A stretch of 63,738 nucleotides of DNA, counting the filler, from Chrysochromulina tobinii (lineage: Eukaryota): NCBI GenBank assembly GCA_001275005.1. It is 8 parts of 8 records of this genome, joined end to end, with 100 filler letters (N's around TTAATTAATTAA, not from the genome) between each part and the next. Parts side by side here need not be neighbours in the genome. Positions count along the whole stretch, not along the records: positions 55,078 to 58,572 come from JWZX01001149.1; positions 58,673 to 61,568 come from JWZX01001154.1; positions 61,669 to 63,738 come from JWZX01001201.1; 5 more parts are not named here. One strand, given 5' to 3'. Positions 55,078-63,738 of this stretch are shown here, in pieces; within the stretch, counting starts at the first letter, position 1; every line of letters starts with the position of its first letter. A program made the position numbers and the translations under genes. The notes below the pieces were generated by a model. The model searched no databases. It was not told the DNA's origin and was given only the letters and a program-made list of their open reading frames with translations.

Positions 55078-58000
55078 CGCACCGCCCCGTCTCCCTCACC
55101 GACGCCTCCATCCGAATCATTGACAAAGTGATCCAATTGACCCTTAACACTCATATCAAAAAGGTCCTTAGCGGACTCAACATCTCACACATACCCGGCG
55201 AACGCCTGGAACGCGACGCCCTCTCTATGGTCGAAGTGGCGCGCTACTGCCACACCCGCGATGGCGGAGCCGTTGCATGCCTTGATGCCCAGTTTGCGTA
55301 CGATCGCACTCGAATCTCTTTCCTTAAGCTCATCCTCGAGGCCATGAAGTTTCCAGCCTCCTTCATCAACATCATTAATACGCTCTACGATGACAATTGG
55401 GCGCGCCTCAAGGTCAATGGTCACATTGGCGACGCCTTCCGCAAGACCAACGGACTGCTACAAGGGCTCCCGAGCTCGTGCCCCTTGTGGAACATCTACA
55501 TCGAGCCGTTTGTCCGATACCTCCACGCCGATCCCAACATCTCGGGCGTCACCATCCCCGGCGAAATGGGGATTGGTACTACAACCCTGAAGGTCGCAGC
55601 CTTTGCTGACGACGTCAAGAGTTACTTGGCCAATATGACCGAGGTCGAGTACCTCACCACACGAGCGGACGCCGCCCGACCTGGCTACTCTTACGCAGCC
55701 GGTGACGGCCCACTCGCCGTCTGGTACGGAGCCTCGAGCCAAGTCAACAGCGTGAGCAAATTCACTATCGTCCTGCTCGGAACCATGATCCACGCACAGC
55801 GCCCTGCTCACCTAAAAATTAAGGAGTGGGTCAGGTACGGCCTCGATGAGGCGGATAAAAATCTTGGACTCCGCATGGGCACCACGGAACAAATCGCAGC
55901 GCAATGGGAGAAAATGCACCGCGTGATCGAGCAGCTTGCCACCGATGTCACTGCGGGCCGACGCCTTGCTGGCTCGGTGTATGCACGAAGCGCACTCGCC
56001 AAAGGCGCCTTTGCGTCGAAAATGTTTCACACCTTCAAAATGCAAGCCCCATGCGCGGCGACACGCACGATCGTCTTCCGTAACATTCAAAAAGTGCTCA
56101 ACCAGCTCGTCTTTGGCAAGTTCTTTCAAATCCGTACCGACACGGCACAGCAACCTTACAAAGATGGCGGCGTGTCCCACTTGCATGTGGAGCGCCGGAT
56201 GAAGGCCGAGTGGGCCATGCTTGCAGCCCAACTCGCAAACAACGAACCCGCCCCCTGGAAAAACATCTGGTGGCACGGGATAAGAGACGCATACGGGCCC
56301 CTGTGCGACGAACGAGACCTGGTGCACACCACGTGCCAGTTTAAACTCCTGCAACTCAGCAAGGAACCATCTCAAGTCCAACAGCTGGCGATAGCAGCTT
56401 GGGCGGAGCTCGACAAGATTCCGGTCTTCCTTGGACCGCCACCTACCACACCAGCGGGTCGAAAACGGCGAGCCGATGCCCTTGCGCTGGCACAGTACGA
56501 TGGTGATGATTCCCCACCAGCAACCGTGCCAATCTGGCAAGAGGGCCTCCGCGGTGACACCACAGGAGCGACGGTCGGCCGACAGCGCCTATGGTTCAAC
56601 GTGAGCCTAGTAGGAAGTTCAACGTCGCATATACACACCCCCAGCCTCACGCACGATGCCGCTACCATTGAGCGGGAAGCCATCCGATGGGCAGAAGAAG
56701 GCCTATTAAGATACGCAGACGTAACCCAAGGCACAAAACTCCAAGGTATCCGGAGCTTTCAAACACAAGTTCCGACCCTCGACCCGGATGTGTACCTCGG
56801 CATCCGAACCTCGATACCGCCCCAATGGGAACGAGCGATGAAGGACGGAACGGCTGCCCAGTGGGGGCAAGACCGTCTCCCGACCGACCTACTCGGCGAC
56901 GGGATCCGTGCTGACAGCACCAGTGCCCACGCAACCGCAGCAACAGGCCCGCAGCAGCATATCGGCATCCGATACGCAGGCACCCTGATACAACGCTCGG
57001 TCACCCCACTGCTCAACCTGCGCCTCAAACATGTTTATACAGCGATGACGGCCAATGCGTTCACGATGCCACGAGTGGTCGACGCCGCCCAAGGCCTAGC
57101 GGCGCGCCACCTGCACCTTTTCGAACACATCCCGGACGCCCACCGCACCGGAGCGATCGCCCGAGCTGTGCGTCGCATTAAACACCCGGCGCTCCCCCCC
57201 GAGTTTACGGAGACGGCATTCTGCGTTGCATTCTCCGGATTCCCATTCGGACCAGAAAAAGGAAAAATGTGCGGTCGCCTCACGTGCCCCTGCAACTCAG
57301 GTGCTACCGAGACCGTCGGGCATACCTTCCACACATGTCCCAGATCGATGCGGCTCTGGGAGCTCGTGCTGTCCTCGTGGCGAGACGTAACCGGGGAGAG
57401 TAAAATTAAACCAACGGACGGACTAGTCGTCCTGTTTGGAGACCGTAGCGGTACTTGGCTTGATGAAGCTGAACAAGCAGAATTTGCCGGCCTTGAGGAA
57501 CCTTTTGCGGTCATCCACAAAATCACAATCCACACGATCCTACAGGAGCGTAATAGGGATGCGGCACCCAAAGCCAAACAGAGGCGCTCACCTACGGTCC
57601 TGTTTCAAAAAATTCAACACGTTGTACAGCGCGTCGCGAGTTACCGATGGGGTCAGGCCCGACGACAGCAACCATTCGATCAGGGACACGCAATGGCCGC
57701 CTTCCGTAAACGTTGGGAAGCGCCGGGGATTGCGGTGATCGGTGCCGATGAGCAAGCGATCACCATTATCCTTTTCATGCGCAAAGAGGTGCGCGAACAG
57801 TGGCATCGAAGCTCGAAGGGCACTGGCCACTACCGCAGCCAACAACACGCGCCACCGGCGGACCTCCCCCCACTGACGATTTCCATCTTCTCAGATGGCT
57901 CAGCTCTGCCACGCAAGATCGGCCAGCCCGCGCCGCCCGCCGGCTACGGTGTGGTTGCAGTGGAAGGCGCCAGCCTTGACGCCATAAACCACGCGAGTGG

Positions 58001-58477
58001 ACGTGCCCTCTTCTACATGTGTGGCCGCGTTCCCCCGGGAGGCGTGGCGACGGCTCGCCTCAAGACCACAACCAATAACCTCGCCGAACTCATGGCATTT
58101 ACTCGTGGGCTCATCTGGGCCAACTGCCACGCGATCGCACAAATACCCACCATGAGCCGTACACGCCCTGTGTGCATGCGCTACGACTCCACGTACGCTG
58201 CTATGATTGCATCTGGCGTCTGGCGCGCCAAAAAACACAAGGAAATGGCCGCGGAAGCGCAACGAGCATGGGCTACGCTCATGAAGTCCACGGCCGGACA
58301 ACTCTGGATGAAACATGTCAAGGGTCACAGCAACCAACATTGGAACGATTGGGCCGATCGGCTCGCAAACCGGGGCCGCCATGGCATCACATGCTACTCG
58401 GCGTGCCCGGTACAGCCATCTCCGCCCAAGGCGGCCGAACCGTGCGTACCACCGACACCGTCGAACGTGCCGCCGAT

Positions 58478-58522
<45 letters not shown>

Positions 58523-58572
58523 CATTCCAATAATGCGATCACGACCGAACCGAGCGCACGAAATTACAGAGT
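55078..58572 (+). mobile_element. Non-LTR retrotransposon ORF2 (L1/Tx1-like): RT, zf-RVT and RNase H; both ends missing
   Basis: RT motifs RPVSLTD, CLDAQFAYDR, GLLQGLPSSCPLWNIYIEP, AFADDV and KDGGV. Zinc finger CPC...ETVGHTFHTC. RNase H motifs IFSDGS, TNNLAEL, YDSTYA and HVKGHS..WNDWADRLA. The ORF is uninterrupted across the contig. Confidence 0.92.
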
Positions 58573-58672
58573 NNNNNNNNNNNNNNNNNNNNNNNNNNNN
58601 NNNNNNNNNNNNNNNNTTAATTAATTAANNNNNNNNNNNNNNNNNNNNNNNNNNNNNNNNNNNNNNNNNNNN
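58573..58672. other. Artificial contig linker
   Basis: N44-TTAATTAATTAA-N44. Confidence 0.99.
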
Positions 58673-58870
58673 GGGGACTCAGAGCTCGGCCCTTAGTGGC
58701 CAGCTCTCGGGCATGCCGATTATAAATCATCATCCCTAACTTGTGATGCACAGAGAAGACCCTCCCATGCGAGTTGCCTCCCGCCCTCGAAACGATCGCT
58801 GCCATCCTTGTGCTCAGACAGAGAACGGAGGCCTGCGCGCGGCTCATTGAGATCAGTCACGCAGTGATGG

Positions 58871-60991
58871 TCAGTCCGTGAGGATCACATCTCCCGAGCG
58901 CACGCCCCCGCTTGTGTCAACAAGGGGACGTGCACTCGGCCTGAGGTACTCCCTTGCGATGGACTCGGCGATTGAGTCGGCTATCTGTTCTCTCGGCTGT
59001 CTCGGCAGCACCTCCACCAACTCAACGTCGTTGCCGCTCTGCCCGGCAGCACCCCCCTCGGCTGAGATGCCACTCGACTCAATTTCGAGTCGAATCTCTG
59101 TCATCAGCCTCGCCACCTGTGCGGCCATCGGACCCTTGCTGACGATGCCCATCGCCTCGTTGGCAGCAGCTACCGCCTTCGCGACGGGTAGCCCTTCTTC
59201 GAGCCCGAGCTCCGACGCGATGAACGCGATCTTCTCTGACGTCGTCTTCGGTTCGATTTGTAGGAAGCCTGGCCTCTTGAAGCCATGCATGGTTATCTTC
59301 CCGAGCTTCCCGAGCTCCTTCGCAGCCGCTCTGGTCGGGCGGCGGGGGCGGGGGCGAATCGCGGTCACCACCGTGAGCGGTGTGCGCTCATCCTCGAGGT
59401 CCCCCCCGCCGCCAGCTGCGCGGGCACAAAGGTCGGCATCACGCCCAAGGGTCTCAAAAGGCAGCCTGAGGGCCGCGAGTGTGGCCACCAGGCCAAAGAA
59501 GCCGAAGGTGCCAAAAGTGCCGAGACTCGACACATTATCGAGCAGTAGCTGACCCACGAGCGGTGCCACGATGGCCGCGAGGCGCGCAAAGCTGTTGCAG
59601 AAGGCGACCGCTACGTTGCGCACGCGGGTCGGGTAGGCTTCCGAACAGTAGACGAACGCCACGGTGAAGCCGCCGCTTGAGGCTGCCTTGAGCACGCACA
59701 CGGCAGACTCGATCCATCCCCACCCAAGCCCGGCCTGCGCGCACAGGGCTGCGCCAAATGAGCCCGCCGTCGCGAGCGCCGCGCACCCGATGAGCACTTT
59801 CTTGCGTCCGAAGAGGTCGGGCAGTACCGCGGCGACGAAGCAGCCAGGGAGTTCGGAGGCCGCGCCGTAGAAGGCGCCAGCGTACTCCTCACTCGCACCC
59901 GTCGAGGGGTCGCTTGTGTGCGCCTTCAGCCAGCCAGGCAAGACGAAGATGGTCCCATAGTACATGAACGAGGCCGCGAAGAAGTAGGCCGATACGTACA
60001 CCGTCGTGCGGCCATGCTCCGCGCCACACAGCTCACGCAGAGCTGCGGCGGCCGCACGTATGGCCATCGTCGTCTGCGAGCTGGCTGATGCCCTCGGCGC
60101 GGCTGCTGCCGGACCGCTGGCTGCTTCTGCTGCACGTGGTACCCCTGCTGGTGCAGCTGCGCTCGCGGGCTGCTCACCGCCGACCATCAGGCTGTTTGTC
60201 GCCCTGATTGTCGCGGGCTGCTCATCGCCAACCTTGATTGCGGCGGCCATCAGGCTCGGCGGCGGCGGCTGGCCGTTGACGCGCGCCATGCGCGCGAGAG
60301 CGAGCTCGGCAGCTGCAGCTCGTCCGGTCGAGAGAAGCCACCGTGGAGACTCGACGAGGATGACGGATGTGAACGCGCCGACGGCGAGGGGGAGCGCCGA
60401 GATGGCGACGACGAAGCGCCAGCCCAGCGTCGCCAGGAATACCCACGAGAGCGCCGCCTCGAGCATCGCACCCAACGAGAAGAAGAGCCAGGTCAGCGCG
60501 ATCACGCGCGCGAGCAGCCGGCTTGCAACGCACTCGTTCAGCATCACAATGGTTATGGGCAAGATGCTGCCCACGCCCACGCCAAAAAGGATCCGCAGCA
60601 GCAGCCACTGCACCCAAGTCTCCGCCACGGCGCACAGAGCTGCGGCGAGGAAAGCCACCGCTGAGGCTGCGCTGAGGACGGGCGTGCGGCCAAACTGATC
60701 GGACAAGGAGCCCATGAATGCAGATGCGATCCACATGCCAAAGGCCGCGCCGGAGCCCAGAAGCCCCTTTTCGATCGAGCCCAGCTCCCAATCCGCAGGC
60801 AGCTCCGGGACCACGAGCGACGGGACGTACATCTCCATGCCGTCGCCCATGAGCACCATGCCGAGCAGCACGATGAGGCCCCGCTGATATCTCCCGAGCC
60901 CGTATTCTTCGATCATGCTGCCAAGGACGGTGATGGGCTTCGGGGCTGGCAGCTCCGAGGCGGGCGTGGTGACGTCCAAGACGACATCCAT
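58871..60991 (-). CDS. MFS transporter (SV2/SVOP/organic cation-like) with an extra C-terminal domain
   Basis: GLGRYQ, DGMEM, GSLSDQFGR, LRILFGVGVG, ESPRWL, DLFGRK, SEAYPTRVR and LPFETLGR. About 12 TM helices; likely start is MDVVLDV. Confidence 0.92.
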   Translation of the reverse strand: MDVVLDVTTPASELPAPKPITVLGSMIEEYGLGRYQRGLIVLLGMVLMGDGMEMYVPSLVVPELPADWELGSIEKGLLGSGAAFGMWIASAFMGSLSDQFGRTPVLSAASAVAFLAAALCAVAETWVQWLLLRILFGVGVGSILPITIVMLNECVASRLLARVIALTWLFFSLGAMLEAALSWVFLATLGWRFVVAISALPLAVGAFTSVILVESPRWLLSTGRAAAAELALARMARVNGQPPPPSLMAAAIKVGDEQPATIRATNSLMVGGEQPASAAAPAGVPRAAEAASGPAAAAPRASASSQTTMAIRAAAAALRELCGAEHGRTTVYVSAYFFAASFMYYGTIFVLPGWLKAHTSDPSTGASEEYAGAFYGAASELPGCFVAAVLPDLFGRKKVLIGCAALATAGSFGAALCAQAGLGWGWIESAVCVLKAASSGGFTVAFVYCSEAYPTRVRNVAVAFCNSFARLAAIVAPLVGQLLLDNVSSLGTFGTFGFFGLVATLAALRLPFETLGRDADLCARAAGGGGDLEDERTPLTVVTAIRPRPRRPTRAAAKELGKLGKITMHGFKRPGFLQIEPKTTSEKIAFIASELGLEEGLPVAKAVAAANEAMGIVSKGPMAAQVARLMTEIRLEIESSGISAEGGAAGQSGNDVELVEVLPRQPREQIADSIAESIAREYLRPSARPLVDTSGGVRSGDVILTD

Positions 60992-61568
60992 GGCTGCGGA
61001 ATTCCGGCAGAACCGGTTCGGGCTTTTTTCCCGTGCTGGTGGAAGAATAATAAAAAAAGAGAAAAAGAGGGGAGAAAGAGGGGAAAGACTGAACGTACTC
61101 TGCATAGATGGGCTAGGCATACACAGAGGCCATTCACGCGCGCAGCGCAGCGCGCGCGCACGCGAATCGCAGCTGCCAGATCTGCGTGATCCGAGCCCAG
61201 AGACATCTGCCACCCCGTCTGCCACTTCGATCAAACCTGTAAGTGGGGTCGCCCCCCGCCCGTCTGATTTTGTATATCGTCCTCTAGCGCGAAATTGAGT
61301 AGACCACACGAGCCCGGGGAGCGAGCGCATTGAGCGAGCGAGTACTCACTAGTACTTGTGTTACTCCATTTAAAAATACCACACGGACGCAAAGCTCGCT
61401 CTTAAGAGAGTGTGATCGTCCTCACTCATGATCGAGCGTTCGATGAGTAACACCGCTAATGACTACATGTAATTACCTGTCACACACGCGGACGCAAAGC
61501 TGTCCCATTAGCTGATCACCGATCACGACCGCATTACGGTCGAGGTGCATGTGATCGGCCAATGGGAC

Positions 61569-61668
61569 NNNNNNNNNNNNNNNNNNNNNNNNNNNNNNNN
61601 NNNNNNNNNNNNTTAATTAATTAANNNNNNNNNNNNNNNNNNNNNNNNNNNNNNNNNNNNNNNNNNNN
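61569..61668. other. Artificial contig linker
   Basis: N44-TTAATTAATTAA-N44. Confidence 0.99.
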
Positions 61669-61687
61669 GAGGTCTGCCTCCGAGATG

Positions 61688-63061
61688 TCACTGCGGGCGT
61701 CGATCGTGCGAGACTGCAACCTCGCTAGGTGAGCGGCATGGTCGCCGCCGTCGCCCAAGATGATAGGCGCGGGCGGTGATGATCGTCGGTGCGATGAGAG
61801 CGACGCGCGCGTACACGGTAGCGACCTGGTAAAGATAAGGTATCGAAGAGTCACCATCGCCAAGGACCATCATCACGCAGCGGTGGGTTTGCACCAGTTT
61901 GTCGAGCCAAGTGGGAGCCGTGAGACCACGCAGCGCCCGCCGAGCGTCGCGGCTATCACGGGTGGGGCAACGCTTCTTGCCGACCCACCCGCGATGCAGG
62001 GCGCTGGTGAGCTCGGCGGTAGCTGGGTCGTGAAGAGCAGCCCGGCGGTCAAGAGCGCCAGTCAGGCACGCCAGGGTGGCAGCCAAGCGACGAGTGGTGG
62101 CGGTCGCAATGGTACCAGCAAGGGTGATGCACTCGATCGAAAGGTGGATCGGCAGCATAGTGACCGAGTCAAAGACCGCCAGAGCAACGACGCCTATGAT
62201 CTGAGTGACGAAGGAGGTGAACAGTACCAAGCCAACGATCAAGGCGGTAAGCGTGGCGGCAAAGGAGTAGGCGACCAGGAGGAGGGCGAGGAAGGCGGCG
62301 GGTGACAAGGAGGCAAGCCCGATCAAAGTGGCGGAGACATAGTAAGCAACCACAAGAAGGGTGAGAGGTAAGGTCAGCGAGAGGGAGGTAGTGATGACAA
62401 CCATGTGCCAGATGGTCCATGCGCCGAGAGCGCCCGAGGCACCCTGAATGCACAAGGCAGAGTGATGGTCAAATCGTCGACCAAGACCAGGAGAAGCGCT
62501 CTGGGTACGCTCGTGCCCATCGTACAGACAGAACTGGAGCGCAAGGTGGAAGAAGTAGGTGGCAGCACTCAGGCTACCAAGCCAAGTGGAGAGTAACAGC
62601 TGGGCCCATGCACGCGGCCGGGTGATGAACCAGGCCAGGAGTATGAACATGACACCCACGTCATAGACGCGGTGTGGATGCATGGCGAGGTAGACGGTGA
62701 TCTCGAGCAGGAGGCGGCGGCAAGCCGCCAAGTGAGGATCAGAGGTAGGCTGGCCTACATGCTCGAGCCAGTGGAGCGCGGCGGCAAGATCGTGGCCGCA
62801 GCTCGAAGCCGTAAGTACCACGGCGGCTTCAGCAGGCGACTGTGGCCCAGCGGTGAAGTGGTGCCGACGAGGAGACCAGCACGACACGCCGGCGAGCCGG
62901 CAGCGACAGTCCGACATCGCATGGTGCGGCGGAAAACCTGGCGTGGCAAACATGCCGCATTGGGGGTCAACAAAGCCAAGCGAAAAGGGAGACTGGGTCG
63001 CCTCCGCATTAGGGGTTGACAAATTCCACAAATCCGCACGATGGGGCGGGGGGGAAACCAC
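61688..63061 (-). CDS. Hypothetical multi-pass hydrophobic ORF, probably repeat/TE-derived
   Basis: A 457-codon ORF with several TM-like segments. A diverged second copy of part of it nearby keeps the reading frame. Confidence 0.4.
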   Translation of the reverse strand: MVSPPPHRADLWNLSTPNAEATQSPFSLGFVDPQCGMFATPGFPPHHAMSDCRCRLAGVSCWSPRRHHFTAGPQSPAEAAVVLTASSCGHDLAAALHWLEHVGQPTSDPHLAACRRLLLEITVYLAMHPHRVYDVGVMFILLAWFITRPRAWAQLLLSTWLGSLSAATYFFHLALQFCLYDGHERTQSASPGLGRRFDHHSALCIQGASGALGAWTIWHMVVITTSLSLTLPLTLLVVAYYVSATLIGLASLSPAAFLALLLVAYSFAATLTALIVGLVLFTSFVTQIIGVVALAVFDSVTMLPIHLSIECITLAGTIATATTRRLAATLACLTGALDRRAALHDPATAELTSALHRGWVGKKRCPTRDSRDARRALRGLTAPTWLDKLVQTHRCVMMVLGDGDSSIPYLYQVATVYARVALIAPTIITARAYHLGRRRRPCRSPSEVAVSHDRRPQ

Positions 63062-63434
63062 ATCTTCGCAGGAGACGGGGGTGACAGTGGCGAAAGCGTC
63101 AATTGGCGCCGCCGAAGAATTCCCGGAAGGGAAGCCATATCGCGTGGACGCAGGGCCCTCTACGCGCTCTCAGCGTATGGACCATTTGGCCCATCATCTC
63201 CTTCTCGCTGACCTTATCTCTCACCCTTCTTGTGGTCGCTTACTATGTCTCCGTCACTTTGGTCGGGCTTGCCTCCTTGTCACCCGCGGCATTCCTCGCC
63301 CTCCTCCTGGTCGCCTACTCCGTCGCCGCCACGCTCACCGCGTTGATCGTTGGTTTGGTGCTGTTCACCTCCTTTATCACTCAGATCATTGGCTTCGTTG
63401 CCCTAGCGGTCGTTGACTCGGTCACAATGCTGCC
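62151..63434. repeat. Diverged inverted repeat: 62151-62446 versus 63151-63434
   Basis: Both arms translate to ...LTLLVVAYYVS.TL.GLASLSPAAFLALLLVAYS.AATLTALIVGLVLFTSF.TQIIG...DSVTMLP, with one 12-nt in-frame indel. Confidence 0.9.
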
Positions 63435-63467
63435 ACCTACCTGCGCATCTACTCCCCGATGGTGTTG

Positions 63468-63612
63468 ATGCGTATGAGACCCTTCTGGATCTTAGCCCTG
63501 CTCCCCCTCGTGAACTCCGCCGGTGACGAGAGTAAGCGCGTGCCGAGCTTCAGTGGCGAGCGCATCGATTTCACGGCATGGTTCATGCTCTTCTCGGCCT
63601 ACGTCGCCTATA
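63468..63612 (+). mobile_element. Possible copia gag N-terminus fragment
   Basis: VPSFSGERIDFTAWFMLFSAYVAYK resembles the PxFxG...F/YxxW...AY start of copia Gag. It is preceded by a signal-peptide-like stretch. Confidence 0.35.
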
Positions 63613-63738
63613 AGCGCGCCGTGAGCTCTCTGATGTGCTGCGTGGCGTCCTCGATCGTGACGTGCAGCGTGGCTCAGGCTCCGCCGCGAAGCCCGGGCGG
63701 AAGCCCCAGACTTATGCGGCTGCGGCCGCTCAGGCCTC

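Noticed and set aside
3709..61668. Seven identical TTAATTAATTAA motifs flanked by N runs
   Set aside because: They are artificial six-frame-stop linkers, not biology. ORFs ending in XXX-LIN and any cross-linker gene neighbourhood are artefacts.
1..63738. tRNA or rRNA genes
   Set aside because: None were recognisable by eye. A covariance-model scan would be needed to exclude them.

Overview
This is eukaryotic, GC-rich genomic DNA, most likely from a haptophyte alga (Chrysochromulina/Emiliania-like). That assignment is inferred from the gene families, the Pro-rich surface proteins and the repeat-filled introns. The window is a pseudomolecule of 8 contigs (1-3708, 3809-12427, 12528-28243, 28344-37124, 37225-54977, 55078-58572, 58673-61568, 61669-63738) joined by artificial 100-nt N44-TTAATTAATTAA-N44 linkers, so adjacency across a linker means nothing. 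Ordinary genes include an ERG4-type sterol reductase, a P450, a Deg protease, an FkbM methyltransferase, SSRP1, a SAPS/PP6 regulator, a dynamin, WD40, SET, GT23-like, Zn2Cys6, TRAF-finger and MFS proteins. Four signals stand out. (1) A rearranged Ty1/copia retrotransposon carries a C5-DNA-methyltransferase-like domain in frame after its integrase. (2) A secreted beta-helix/Pro-rich protein gene has 13 mutually similar phase-0 introns and six predicted 3-6 nt microexons, each filling the variable position of the repeat. (3) Four unrelated genes have introns filled with related, sense-oriented 10-bp tandem repeats. (4) An intronless protein has two candidate papain-like protease domains, and separate contigs carry an L1-type LINE with RNase H and a PcfJ-like ORF. 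All domain calls are by motif recognition only; no searches were run.
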